Positions 26,353-36,794 of a DNA stretch of 64,000 nt are shown here, piece after piece. The translations under genes and the position numbers were made by a program. The notes beneath the pieces were generated by a model, which did not search any database, was not told the DNA's origin, and worked only from the letters and a program-made list of their open reading frames with translations. This DNA comes from a virus. Every line of letters begins with the position of its first letter. Position 1 is the stretch's first letter. The DNA is taken from IMG/VR virus record IMGVR_UViG_3300028883_000003, positions 54,181 to 118,180 of that record. The stretch is one strand, 5' to 3'.

Positions 26353-27102
26353 ATGTCAATAACAGCTACGGCTCAAGAATTAGTTAATTGGGCAAGACAG
26401 TATATTCCTGACAGAAAAACTCAACTATTCTCTGTTAGGAATGAAGAAATCGGACGCACTGCTTTGCCAACTTCTCAACGCGAATCATTTTATTTGAAAA
26501 GACCAGCTGTTGGTTCGGTATTTTTATATGTTGATCCTTATAAATATTCGGCAGCTTCTACTTTATTGACAGCGGCGGCTACCGATAAGGTATTTTTGTA
26601 TAATGCAACATTACAAAAATGCACTTTTCCGGGAGGGTCTGATCCTTCAATTAGGCCTGCCCAATTTAAAGCTGTTCTGGCCGACTATGAATATACAAAG
26701 AGTATTCCATATGTGTATTCAGATGATGAACTAGTTGGTTTTGCTCCAGCTGCTATTGCATATTTGAATAATAATCATTCAACTAGTTATTCTTATACGG
26801 GTACAGGAAGTACTTTTGAACAAACATTTACATCGGATAGTGATAATGACTTGGTTGCACGAAGTTTAGCAATACTTGTCAGGCGAACATTTGTTAGTGA
26901 ACAAATGAGGCATGGATTAGGTGTAGCCTTTAGAGGTCCAATGGCTGCTATTGATAGCAAAAGCCAACTTAAGGCTTATCAAGATGAAACTAAAAAATTG
27001 GAACAGAGCATTGTAGATAAAATTGAAAATGACAAAATAAGTTCGGCTTCGGGATCGGGTGGTTCAGTTGATCTCTATGATGAATCTGTAGTGACCGGCT
27101 AA
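26353..27102 (+). CDS. Putative head-tail adaptor
   Basis: Position after the capsid genes; helical termini. Confidence 0.45.
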   Translation: MSITATAQELVNWARQYIPDRKTQLFSVRNEEIGRTALPTSQRESFYLKRPAVGSVFLYVDPYKYSAASTLLTAAATDKVFLYNATLQKCTFPGGSDPSIRPAQFKAVLADYEYTKSIPYVYSDDELVGFAPAAIAYLNNNHSTSYSYTGTGSTFEQTFTSDSDNDLVARSLAILVRRTFVSEQMRHGLGVAFRGPMAAIDSKSQLKAYQDETKKLEQSIVDKIENDKISSASGSGGSVDLYDESVVTG

Positions 27103-27569
27103 TGGATTTTGATTATATTCAGTCAATGTATGACGAGTTGTCTAATGAGTTATTGGTTAGTTCTTTCGTAGTTAACGCAACAATTCATATACGTGGTAGT
27201 GATATCACACATGAGTCTTCCGGTATAGGTGATTCTTTAGACGGAAGACATACGGCACCGGTGCAGGTTAATTTTCCTTTGGATTTACCAAGATTTGTTC
27301 GGATTAAGGTTTTTCCAATGGAGCGAAATTACTTGCGATATCAAAATAGCAGCATTGAAAATACTGTTGCCGGTAAATATGAACCATTTGACAGGTGGGT
27401 TTCTTGCTTAGAAACCGACGTAGCCATTAGATTAGACGAAACCTATTATGACTACGTGGACTATATTAGTATAGAAGGCATTAGGTATAAACTTAAGGCA
27501 ACATATAAAGAGTCTTTTGGTATCAAGCCAATTATACATGCTTTCTTGGTGAAGGAAAGTGATGAGTAA
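27102..27569 (+). CDS. Putative head closure/stopper protein
   Basis: Position, and beta-rich DYISIEGIRYKL. Confidence 0.45.
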   Translation: MDFDYIQSMYDELSNELLVSSFVVNATIHIRGSDITHESSGIGDSLDGRHTAPVQVNFPLDLPRFVRIKVFPMERNYLRYQNSSIENTVAGKYEPFDRWVSCLETDVAIRLDETYYDYVDYISIEGIRYKLKATYKESFGIKPIIHAFLVKESDE

Positions 27570-27759
27570 CATTCAACAGCAAATTCATGGGCTTAATAGG
27601 AAGATATTGAGTCTAGTTGAAACAGAATTAAATGTGCTAAAAGATAATCATCCTAGTGTTACTGATGATGCAAATGGCATGTATAAAAGATTAAGAAAAA
27701 ACATATTGGATACAATTGGTGATTGTGAAAGGTCTACTCTAGAAAATGGCGAAGTATAG
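27559..27759 (+). CDS. Hypothetical protein
   Basis: 66 aa, coupled overlaps on both sides. Confidence 0.55.
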   Translation: MMSNIQQQIHGLNRKILSLVETELNVLKDNHPSVTDDANGMYKRLRKNILDTIGDCERSTLENGEV

Positions 27760-28369
27760 TAATATTCGATGGGGTGTTCGCCCCCAGTTAGCGTTGGCTA
27801 ATTTAAGAGCTTTTGACCGTGCTTTTACATTATCTGATGAATTACCTACTCGATTATTACAAACACACCACCAAATTGAGGAGATAGTTAGAAATCATCT
27901 AACTACCCAATCAACTAGAGACCCTTCGAGGACTACTCCAACGGGAGTTAATGAATCAAAAGTTGCCGATATAATTAGGTCGTCTGTAACTAAACGTCCC
28001 CATGGTTTAATTGGTGGGACTGGTAATATAAAGTATATGGATCAAAATGATCCTTTGCTTACGTTGCAAGATAGAACCCCGTCCAGTGATAATGTTAGGC
28101 TTTGGCGTATTTTAGAATGGGGTGTTGAAGAGATATATACACTTCAGGCCAGAAATCCACAAAAGCCTATGGTTTTTTGGTGGAAACGGGAAAACAAGTT
28201 ATTTGTTGGTGTTCCGGGAAAAGCTCCACATAATTTACCTATTTCTGAGCATCCCGGTCAGAGAGGTCGTCAATATTGGGAAACATCAATGTATGTTTCT
28301 GAGGGTATTTTTAGAACTAATATGCACGCACAAATGCAACTTATTGTAAGTAGGTATTCTAACAGGTAA
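27746..28369 (+). CDS. Putative tail completion/neck protein (HK97 gp10-like position)
   Basis: WRILEWG...HPGQRGRQYW pattern and position. Confidence 0.45.
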   Translation: MAKYSNIRWGVRPQLALANLRAFDRAFTLSDELPTRLLQTHHQIEEIVRNHLTTQSTRDPSRTTPTGVNESKVADIIRSSVTKRPHGLIGGTGNIKYMDQNDPLLTLQDRTPSSDNVRLWRILEWGVEEIYTLQARNPQKPMVFWWKRENKLFVGVPGKAPHNLPISEHPGQRGRQYWETSMYVSEGIFRTNMHAQMQLIVSRYSNR

Positions 28370-28872
28370 TGGACCAAATAGATAACATAACTTTTGCAAT
28401 AGTTTCTTTGAAAGAAGTTATTGAAGCGTATTTAGATTCTCAAGGATGGAAGAATAAGTATTCCATGTATGTTTCTGGAGACCCAGCGTTGAAAGGAAAA
28501 GAAATTTCGTTAAGTCCGGGTCGTAACAAAGTAGTTCTTCCGTTGATAATTTTGAGAAGTGGGTTTACACGAAACCAAATTGAACAATTAGGAGATGAGT
28601 ATGGTCGTGATGTGGTTTCTTTGTCGTTACACATTATGGCAGTAGATTCTATTCAATTGTTAACTTTGGGTAATTTGTTAAGGCGTAAACTAGAAAGGTT
28701 TACATTTAATGTCCTGAACTATAAAAACTCTCTTAAGAGTTCTATAGGTTTAGGGGAGACTTACCGTGCTGAATTAGTGGACATATCTGATCCTAATTCC
28801 GACAGAATACAAGATCAAAATAGTTCGCTTTTAAATGTTACATTAGAATTAAATTCTGAAAGTTTTATATAA
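28369..28872 (+). CDS. Putative tail terminator
   Basis: 167 aa immediately before the tail tube gene. Confidence 0.45.
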   Translation: MDQIDNITFAIVSLKEVIEAYLDSQGWKNKYSMYVSGDPALKGKEISLSPGRNKVVLPLIILRSGFTRNQIEQLGDEYGRDVVSLSLHIMAVDSIQLLTLGNLLRRKLERFTFNVLNYKNSLKSSIGLGETYRAELVDISDPNSDRIQDQNSSLLNVTLELNSESFI

Positions 28873-28884
28873 AGGAGACATAAT

Positions 28885-30444
28885 ATGGCAGTCAAACCAG
28901 TTAGAACACAAGCTAAACAGGTTGCTGCTTACATCAATGGTGTTCCTACTCGTAGGGTGCAATCTTTTGATTGGGCTTCTAACTTTACAACTGACGACGT
29001 ATTTGAGTTAGGTAATGCTGGTGTTGTGGAGAGTTCTGTTACTCTTGTTGAATCCAGTGTTACTGTTAACTCCAACGAATGGGGTACAACTGATCTTGAG
29101 GCAATGATATTTGGTATTTATGAACAGCGAAACTGTGTTGGCGACAATGCAGGAAACAGTTGGGCTAATACCATAGCCACTATTTATATTGCTACTACTG
29201 GTGCTGGTGGTGGCTGGGGTGCAACTGCAACTGCTGGTGATTATTTACAAGTAATTCGTGTTAATTCCACGGCTACTACAAATGATACCGAATATGTAGT
29301 TATTTCTGCGGTAGATGCCCCTGATGGTAATGGTGCTCAAGCTATTACGTTGGCATCTGGAAACAGATTGACAGCAGCTTGTGCTACCTCGGATATGGTA
29401 TGTTTGGTCAACAAATATACTATCGACCAAGATACAGTTGATTCAAACCCTGTGCATTTAATTTTGCCGCATCGTTATTCGAATACGGCGACTACTATTA
29501 TGCATAGTGTTATTTTACCTCGTTGTTTTGTTGATAACTTAACTTATAATTTTGATACGGGTGGAGCTTCGGAACAAAACTATACTATGGTGGGTGAAGA
29601 AGAACGTTTAGTGTTGGGTAATTGGAAAGAAACAGTTTCAACTACTGGTTCTTTTATGAGTTACAACAACACAACAGGTTCTTTGACTTTCCGTGTACCA
29701 TTGAATAGCAGAGCATGTTTGGCCACTCCTTATGCTGTTTATGCAGATTCTAACTTAGTTACGTGGACTGGTGCTCCGGGTGGGACAATAAACCATTCGT
29801 CTGGTGCTGTTACTGTCCATGCTTATATTGGCGGTGGTCTTAGCATTACCAGTGCGGCTCAACTAATTTATTATGCTGCAATTCCAACAGCACATCGTGT
29901 TGGTTTTAAAGGACTAACTAATATTGATAGTTCTATTGGTAAATTAACCAAAGGTTTTGTTGATGTTTATCTTGGCTTATCATCTGGCGGAACAGGGAGC
30001 GAGAAATTACTTCGTTGTACTGGTATCAATGTTAGTATCCCTCTTACCCGTGAATCAATTGATGAGTTAGGTGAATCTCGATCTATTTCGAAGCCTCTTG
30101 AGGGTAACCTTCGAAATGAAGTAACAGTTACGTTTAACAGAAATGATTTACGTGAATATGCTAAATTGTTAGGTAGTGAAGCAGCTTTTGATGCTGGTAC
30201 ATTAAAGGAAATTTTAATGACCAGTTTGAAGGATGTTAAGACTGGTGTTATTACAGTTTACTTTTATGCTTCCCAAACTACACACGATGCAACAACGTTA
30301 CTCAAGACTATGACATTTACTAATTGCAACTTTATTGGGGATAATTCTACTACTCCTATCAGTGGTGCTTCCAGTGTAGAACTTACGTTCTCTACTCAGT
30401 CTGTTGATATTGTTGGTAGCGGGTTAGCTCCTGTGTATGTTTAA
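28885..30444 (+). CDS. Major tail tube protein with inserted domains
   Basis: VQSFDW...VFELGN N-terminal tube motif and a second tube-like segment INVSIPLTRESIDELG; strong ribosome binding site; terminator follows. Confidence 0.7.
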   Translation: MAVKPVRTQAKQVAAYINGVPTRRVQSFDWASNFTTDDVFELGNAGVVESSVTLVESSVTVNSNEWGTTDLEAMIFGIYEQRNCVGDNAGNSWANTIATIYIATTGAGGGWGATATAGDYLQVIRVNSTATTNDTEYVVISAVDAPDGNGAQAITLASGNRLTAACATSDMVCLVNKYTIDQDTVDSNPVHLILPHRYSNTATTIMHSVILPRCFVDNLTYNFDTGGASEQNYTMVGEEERLVLGNWKETVSTTGSFMSYNNTTGSLTFRVPLNSRACLATPYAVYADSNLVTWTGAPGGTINHSSGAVTVHAYIGGGLSITSAAQLIYYAAIPTAHRVGFKGLTNIDSSIGKLTKGFVDVYLGLSSGGTGSEKLLRCTGINVSIPLTRESIDELGESRSISKPLEGNLRNEVTVTFNRNDLREYAKLLGSEAAFDAGTLKEILMTSLKDVKTGVITVYFYASQTTHDATTLLKTMTFTNCNFIGDNSTTPISGASSVELTFSTQSVDIVGSGLAPVYV

Positions 30445-30446
30445 CT

Positions 30447-30477
30447 AAATAGGGGGCACTAATGTGCCCCTTATTTT
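30447..30477 (+). terminator. Rho-independent terminator
   Basis: AAATAGGGGGCAC-taat-GTGCCCCTTATTTT. Confidence 0.8.
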
Positions 30478-30492
30478 CATAAGAGGTTAGGT

Positions 30493-31308
30493 ATGGATGA
30501 ATTTGAAGACAAATTGGAAACAACTAAAGAAGTTGAAGAAGAACAGCAAGTTGTTGAGGATAGTGAAAAACTAGAAGAAGTATATATTGGTCGGCAGGAA
30601 CTTTATATCAAATCTTATGGCACTGTCATTTTTGATATGCCGTCCCCCGGTTTATCAATCAAAGGTGATCAGGTTGCTGCTAAATTCAAAGCATATAATC
30701 TAAGACATAATGAATTATTAACGGATGCTCAATTAAGGGCTATTTATAACCAGCCTATTACTATCATGGTGGATGGTAAAGAAGTAAAGGTTGGTAATGG
30801 AGAATGGCCTGAAAAGAATGACGCTGAACTTGAAGAGCTTCCAAAAAAAATTTCAGCTAGTTTAGAAATGTTTGACGCCTATCGTGCTGATTACCATGCG
30901 GCTAAAGAACAAGTTACTGCCTTGACTGCTTCTGGCAAAACTAAATCCTCTAAGGTATTTAAAGATGCCGAAGCTAAAATGGAAAAAGCTAAAGAGCAGG
31001 CCAGAAAAGAATACGACAATATTCTTGCCCTTCGTTCTCGACAAATGAGTTTAACGTCTTTACGTGTTCGTTTGTTTGCCGATTCTTTAGAAGAACAAGC
31101 CTTTTTAGAAAAAGTAAAATTGTTTGCCCCTTCTTGTATTAAGAAAAAAGACAAGGATGGCAATATTGTTCCGTGTTGGAAGACTATTGAAGAGTTCGAG
31201 AACGACACATTTGGAGCTATTCAAATTATAGCTTACTTCAATCTGTTTCTCAGGGGGTTGGATGTAAGTTTTTTCGGAGATGTGCCAGAAGAGGCGATAC
31301 CCTCTTAA
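30493..31308 (+). CDS. Tail assembly chaperone (gpG-like)
   Basis: Between tail tube and tape measure; slippery site near the 3' end. Confidence 0.75.
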   Translation: MDEFEDKLETTKEVEEEQQVVEDSEKLEEVYIGRQELYIKSYGTVIFDMPSPGLSIKGDQVAAKFKAYNLRHNELLTDAQLRAIYNQPITIMVDGKEVKVGNGEWPEKNDAELEELPKKISASLEMFDAYRADYHAAKEQVTALTASGKTKSSKVFKDAEAKMEKAKEQARKEYDNILALRSRQMSLTSLRVRLFADSLEEQAFLEKVKLFAPSCIKKKDKDGNIVPCWKTIEEFENDTFGAIQIIAYFNLFLRGLDVSFFGDVPEEAIPS

Positions 31309-31583
31309 AGTATCGTTATTCAATTGATTCTGGCAACCCTCTTTTTTATTTCCCCGACAATTCTCCTCGTTCTCCCCACGAAATAACAATCCATCAATCG
31401 TTTCTTTTACACTGGTTAAGATTTTATGATTGGCTACTTTCCGGCAAAGGCCCTAAAATTCCGGATGATGATATTTTAAATCATGATTCCGAATTGGATG
31501 ACTACGTTGAACAATGGAAAGAAAATCTTGAAAAGCAGGAAAAAGAAGCTAACAAAAACAAACATAATTTTACTGTTGGATAA
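31269..31583 (+). CDS. -1 frameshift extension of the tail chaperone (gpGT-like, about 363 aa in total)
   Basis: T TTT TTC at 31269-31275; the -1 frame is open without Met to TAA at 31581-31583, 5 nt before the tape measure ATG. Confidence 0.85.
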   Translation, partial: FFRRCARRGDTLLKYRYSIDSGNPLFYFPDNSPRSPHEITIHQSFLLHWLRFYDWLLSGKGPKIPDDDILNHDSELDDYVEQWKENLEKQEKEANKNKHNFTVG

Positions 31584-31588
31584 ATATT

Positions 31589-34500
31589 ATGGCTGATGCT
31601 CCTTTTATTATAACTACCCAAATAGATACTAAAGGTATTAAAGCTGGGCTTGCAGAGATTGAGGCTTTGTTAGTTAAGTTTAATCCTAAGGGTTCGTTTA
31701 ATAGTCTTATAAACACTAAAGAATTAGATGTTGCTAAGTCAAAAGTTAAACAATTAACTCTTGAATTAAACAAAACCAAGGCTGCTCTTGAGAAGGCAGC
31801 AACTAATACTGGTAGGCTTGCCACAAACACTAAAAAGACCTCTAATGCTTTGGCAGATGTGTCTAGACGTGTGTTTGTTTGGGGGTCGATGTCAGCTTTA
31901 ATTTTTGGGGCATTACAAAATCTTAAAGAGTTTTATGATTTAACAATTCAAGTTAATACTTCTCTTGCAGAACTAAGAAAGGTTTTACCTAGTGATACTG
32001 ACTTTGGTGCATTAAAAGGTGAAGCATTTAAATTATCCATTGATTTTGGTACTGATCCTTTAGATGTTCTTCAGGTTTTAAAGCGTTTTGGCCAAGCTGG
32101 TTTGTCTGCTCAAGAAGCTGTTGAGGCTACCAGAACGGCTTTGCTTGCTTTAAATACTACTGGTGCTGATACTGAACAAGTGTTCAATGCTATCATTGGT
32201 GCCAACAGAATTTTTGGTATTGCTTTTGAAGATTCTGGTCGCGTGATTGACAAAATCATGAGATTACAGGCGGATCTCGCTGTTGATTCTAAAGATTTAA
32301 TTGCTTCCATTCAGGCTATTGGTCCTGCTATTACTTCGTTAGGTGGTGATATTGACGATCTTCTTTCCAACATTGCAGCTTTAGCTGAAGCGGCTCGTGT
32401 ATCAGGTAAAGAAGCAGCCAACTCCTTAAAACGTGTACTTGCTCGTTTAGTATCTAAGGAAGGTATTACTGCTCTAGAAAAATTAGGTGTTACGGTTTTT
32501 GACACAGCTAAAAACTTCAGACCTTTAAGAGACATTCTAGAAGACGTTTCAACTAAATATAAAGAAGCTTCACAGGTTGAGCAACAGCAATTAGCAGTTG
32601 TACTTGCTCAGGTTCGTCAGTATCCTAAATTAATTGCTTTGTTAAACAACATGGATAGACAGCAGGAAGCATTAGCCAAATCACAAAACGCTTATGGTGA
32701 TGCAACTATTGCTAATCAGGTTCAGTTGGATAGCTATGCAAAACAATTAAGTATTGCACAAAACCAAGTTAAAGAGTTTGGCGAGACAGCTATTTTAAAG
32801 GGTGAAATAGTAGAAAACTGGGTTGCATTTCATCAAGTTATAGGGGATTTAGCAACGGCTCTAACGTCTGTCGCCGGTCCTCTTACCAAGTTTCTTAGTT
32901 TGGCTGGTACTGCTGCTGGTGTTATTTTCTTGTCTAAGTGGGTATTGCAATTAAAATATTCATTAGCATTAACAGCAGCTGAAATGAAGGCTACTGCTGT
33001 AGCGGCAAATTTGGCTACTAGAAATGTACAAATATTTGGGTTGGCAGTGCAGTTTACTGCTAATACTTTGCGTTTGTTAACTGGTATTGGCATTGCTGTG
33101 TCTGCTCTCTTTTTAGCAATTGAAGTTGGTCGTCGTAAAGCCAACAAAGAAGAAATTCGTTATAACAAACTGATTGAACAAAGTACGGAATCTATTAAGA
33201 AGTTTAAGGATTCTCTTCGTGGGATTGCTGTTAACAATATTATTACTACGGACGTTGAGGAAAAATTTAATTCATTAACTAAATCTTTGGCAGCATATAC
33301 AAGGGCTCTTAGTATTGGACAGGCTTCTACCGAGGAATTTGTAAAATCGCTTGGCAAAACATTTGGCGTGGATGTTAGTTTGTTAAGTGAACAGCAATTA
33401 AAAGATTTACTTGAGACATTAAAGGATGTTGAAAGAGAACTTGATCCTAATATTTTACTTCCGTTCTACGATGTTGTAAATCGTGGTACAGAGGTTATGA
33501 TTAGCAATATAAATACTGGTACAGATGAATACAAAAAATTTAGAGCTGCTTTAGCCGAATATTTTGAGCCCAAAGGAATTAAAAATTATGCTGATCAATT
33601 AGCCGAATTAGAAAAACTGGAAGCTAAGAGAAGACAACAACAACTTGATACAGGAAGAACTAGTGTTTATCTACCGTCTGATTTGTCGGGTACTGGAAGA
33701 AACTTAGCTGCTTTTATTGATGGTGTTAAAGGAAGTCAGGAATCTGTTACAGCGTTATGGTTTATTGTATCTGGTTTACGTCGTACGTTAGGGTTGTCAG
33801 CTAAATCTTTTGAAGAGGTTGCTGCTTCTTCCGGTAAACTACAAGATGTCATTGGAAGATTAGACGAATTAAATACCAAATTAACAGTTTATAATGACCA
33901 AATAAAAAGAACCGGCGTTGTTTCTGCTGACTATAAAAAAACACAACAAGATTATGATGATGTATTAAAGGGTGGTGTTGATATTTTTGGCGATCTTGTT
34001 GGTATTCAAGATATTTACAAAAAAGCTTTGGATGGCCTAGTTAAGTCACAAAGTGGTGCTATCGTTCAGATAGATGCCTATTCTGGTAGAGCAAAACAGT
34101 TTGCTGTCATTATTTCTAAATTAGCTGGTGGTTTCAAAGAATACGCGGAATCGGAATTAAAGAGTTCGGGTAACGCAGCTGCTTTTGCAATTAATATTAA
34201 GGAAGGACAAAAGGCTGTTCTTGCAATGTTAAAAGCCATTGAAGCTGGAAAGGGTGGTATATTTTCTATTGACTTCAACCAGCATGCTTATTTGAAGGCT
34301 GTTAAAGCTAGCACTGCTGTTGTTTTGTCTAACTTTGAGGCACAGTTTAAGGCTATTGATGTTGTGCGTAGGGTGTTAAAGGATACAGGTTCGGCTTTTG
34401 ATATAAACCAGCAAGGATTGAATACTGTTGATACTGCTCTTAACCAATTGAACAGGCAATTAGGGTCCAACGAAGAAGAGTTAGCTAATATTAAGGTTCA

Positions 34501-36388
34501 AATTCAAGCCTTAATAACTGCCCAGTCAGAATTAACGAATGAGGCTGTTAGAGAGGGAAGTGCCAGAACTCAAAACGAGGAGACCGTTAAAAGACTCCAA
34601 ACAGAGATGATTGCTCTGGAGCATGTTCAGCAGCAGTCCATTGCGGACTATGAGGAAATGGTTAAAAAGCTGCTTAAGCTTAGAAATGCCTTCGAACAAT
34701 ATGTAAATGAGAGTAAGAAATTAGCTACTGCATATTCGTCTTATGCCGATTTATTTGATCAGATTATTCGTAAACAAATTTCGTTAAATAATTTATCAGT
34801 TGGTGGTAACCTTAAGAAAACATTAGTTGAAAACGAAAAACTTTATCGTAGAATTTTAGCTGTTCAATTACAGGCTATTGAAAATGAAGGAAAATTATTA
34901 AATAAATCACAAGAAGATGTTAAAGCTTTACAAGGTAAAGCTAGGGCTCAAGCCGAGAATGAAATTATTCTTCAAAGAGTTGCTGCTATAACTCAGGATT
35001 TTGAAGAGGGTTATGACAGAGTAAACAGTGCGGTTGATTCAGTAAGGTCTTCTTTTGCTGATTTGTTAGGGGACTCTGAACAATTTTTTGATATACTGAC
35101 CAATAGTGCCAGTGGTTTTGAGATAATCAAAAAAGGCGTATCTGGCATATCCGATGCTATTGCTAAGGTAGACGCAGAGATTATTGCTAAAAAGATTGCT
35201 GAGGTTACTCGCAAGGCTTTCCCCAAACCAGAAGATGTTAGTGGCCAACTGGAAGAACTTTTACAAAAGCGTGGTCCTGAATTAGCAACTCTTATAGAGG
35301 ACCATCTTAAAAGTGGTGGCTCTAAGGCCGCAAGCAATCTTCAAGAGGCTATGAGGTTAGGTTCTGATCATTTTGTTGACAAAGTAACACAAGGTTTTAC
35401 TTCGGCAATGCAAAAGGTGATTGCAACTATTAGAGATACTTTGAAAAAAGAGTTCGCCCCAACCGATCAAGAGCTTGAGGTTACTTTAAAAGGTGCTGAT
35501 AAAATTCAAGAATTACCCAATAACCTAGACCAAACATTTAAAGAGGGTGGCACTACTTTACAAGATGCAATTAAAGAAGGATGTAAACAAGGTGCTGAAT
35601 ATTTTGCATTCACCAATGGAGTAACTAATAAAACTATATCACAAAGCGATTTTGAAAAGCTTAGTAAATCCTTTACTGATTGGCGAATACAACCCGATTT
35701 GATATCCGTTGTTGAAAAGCCGAATGAGGCTGGTAGTGTAAAAGCTATTGGTCAGGATAAGTGGGAAGCTCGTCTTTATTCTATGATGGACAAAAAGCAG
35801 AATCAACTTATTTCCATTTCAGCAGCTGCACTATTACAGGCACAAGCTATAGTTAGAAAACAACAAGAACAAATTAAGTCCGACGGCGACTTATCTAAAA
35901 AAGATAATACTGTTAGAGATGCTGCCTTTCGTAGACTGGGAACTATGTTTGCTCAAGCAGTAGGGATTAATATTGCTAAGTCTTTAGGTAAGCGACCTGA
36001 AGATGTGCAATTTGGGTCAAATTTAGGTACTACTGCTGGTTCGACTTTTGGTCTTACTGGTGCTTTAGTTGGTGGAATTGCTGGTTCTATTTTAGGTGGC
36101 TTTTTTGGTAGAGATAAAGAGCGTGAGAACCAAGAAAAGCAAATACAGCAATTAGAAACTATATCAAGAAACACAGCACAATTAGTTGACCTTCTTTCCC
36201 CCGAAATTATTAATGCCCCAGCAAGATTTGTTTTGCCTTCTGGTACAGGCTCAGCTGGTGGGATTAACATAACTAATAATATTACAACGTCTGGTGGTTC
36301 GATTTCCAACAATGATATAGCTGGGTTGGAACGACAGCTTGAAGATGTGTATGTTAGAACAAACAGATCAAATAGTCCTTTGAGGTAA
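31589..36388 (+). CDS. Tape measure protein (TP901-type N-terminal domain)
   Basis: 1599 aa, helical; SLAELRKV, FGQAG, SGKEAANSLK and C-terminal Gly-rich GGIAGSILGGFFG. Confidence 0.93.
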   Translation: MADAPFIITTQIDTKGIKAGLAEIEALLVKFNPKGSFNSLINTKELDVAKSKVKQLTLELNKTKAALEKAATNTGRLATNTKKTSNALADVSRRVFVWGSMSALIFGALQNLKEFYDLTIQVNTSLAELRKVLPSDTDFGALKGEAFKLSIDFGTDPLDVLQVLKRFGQAGLSAQEAVEATRTALLALNTTGADTEQVFNAIIGANRIFGIAFEDSGRVIDKIMRLQADLAVDSKDLIASIQAIGPAITSLGGDIDDLLSNIAALAEAARVSGKEAANSLKRVLARLVSKEGITALEKLGVTVFDTAKNFRPLRDILEDVSTKYKEASQVEQQQLAVVLAQVRQYPKLIALLNNMDRQQEALAKSQNAYGDATIANQVQLDSYAKQLSIAQNQVKEFGETAILKGEIVENWVAFHQVIGDLATALTSVAGPLTKFLSLAGTAAGVIFLSKWVLQLKYSLALTAAEMKATAVAANLATRNVQIFGLAVQFTANTLRLLTGIGIAVSALFLAIEVGRRKANKEEIRYNKLIEQSTESIKKFKDSLRGIAVNNIITTDVEEKFNSLTKSLAAYTRALSIGQASTEEFVKSLGKTFGVDVSLLSEQQLKDLLETLKDVERELDPNILLPFYDVVNRGTEVMISNINTGTDEYKKFRAALAEYFEPKGIKNYADQLAELEKLEAKRRQQQLDTGRTSVYLPSDLSGTGRNLAAFIDGVKGSQESVTALWFIVSGLRRTLGLSAKSFEEVAASSGKLQDVIGRLDELNTKLTVYNDQIKRTGVVSADYKKTQQDYDDVLKGGVDIFGDLVGIQDIYKKALDGLVKSQSGAIVQIDAYSGRAKQFAVIISKLAGGFKEYAESELKSSGNAAAFAINIKEGQKAVLAMLKAIEAGKGGIFSIDFNQHAYLKAVKASTAVVLSNFEAQFKAIDVVRRVLKDTGSAFDINQQGLNTVDTALNQLNRQLGSNEEELANIKVQIQALITAQSELTNEAVREGSARTQNEETVKRLQTEMIALEHVQQQSIADYEEMVKKLLKLRNAFEQYVNESKKLATAYSSYADLFDQIIRKQISLNNLSVGGNLKKTLVENEKLYRRILAVQLQAIENEGKLLNKSQEDVKALQGKARAQAENEIILQRVAAITQDFEEGYDRVNSAVDSVRSSFADLLGDSEQFFDILTNSASGFEIIKKGVSGISDAIAKVDAEIIAKKIAEVTRKAFPKPEDVSGQLEELLQKRGPELATLIEDHLKSGGSKAASNLQEAMRLGSDHFVDKVTQGFTSAMQKVIATIRDTLKKEFAPTDQELEVTLKGADKIQELPNNLDQTFKEGGTTLQDAIKEGCKQGAEYFAFTNGVTNKTISQSDFEKLSKSFTDWRIQPDLISVVEKPNEAGSVKAIGQDKWEARLYSMMDKKQNQLISISAAALLQAQAIVRKQQEQIKSDGDLSKKDNTVRDAAFRRLGTMFAQAVGINIAKSLGKRPEDVQFGSNLGTTAGSTFGLTGALVGGIAGSILGGFFGRDKERENQEKQIQQLETISRNTAQLVDLLSPEIINAPARFVLPSGTGSAGGINITNNITTSGGSISNNDIAGLERQLEDVYVRTNRSNSPLR

Positions 36389-36391
36389 CTT

Positions 36392-36793
36392 ATGGCTCTA
36401 CAACGAATTAGATTTAGTAGTAATTCAGATGGCTCATCCCCATACACCTTAGTTCTAAACCCAAGTAAATTAAGTATACCAACCAATTCTGAATCTTCAT
36501 CTATGCGGTCTTTAGATGGTGGGCAAGTTATTCAACAATCTTATTTTGATGCCAGAGAAGTTATTTTAGGTTGGGCGAGAATACCTTTAGACTATACTGG
36601 TTATCAGACAATGGCCTCAACACTAAAGGGATATATTGGCAGCACAAAGTATGTTAATTATGGCACTGTCGAATATAGAATTGGTACTATTGCTACATGG
36701 CAAAAAGTAACTGTTGCCGATGTTCAAATGGACATTGAATCGGGTGGGAAACTAAAGGGCAATTTAACTGTAACATTGATACCGGAACCATAA
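36392..36793 (+). CDS. Putative distal tail protein
   Basis: 133 aa directly after the tape measure gene; SMRSLDGGQVIQ pattern. Confidence 0.5.
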   Translation: MALQRIRFSSNSDGSSPYTLVLNPSKLSIPTNSESSSMRSLDGGQVIQQSYFDAREVILGWARIPLDYTGYQTMASTLKGYIGSTKYVNYGTVEYRIGTIATWQKVTVADVQMDIESGGKLKGNLTVTLIPEP

Positions 36794-36794
36794 T

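Noticed and set aside
22352-36486. Longer minus-strand ORFs over the protease, capsid and tape measure genes (e.g. 23018..23539, 24137..24586, 35953..36486)
   Set aside because: Typical antisense frames of codon-biased genes; no recognisable motifs or translation signals.
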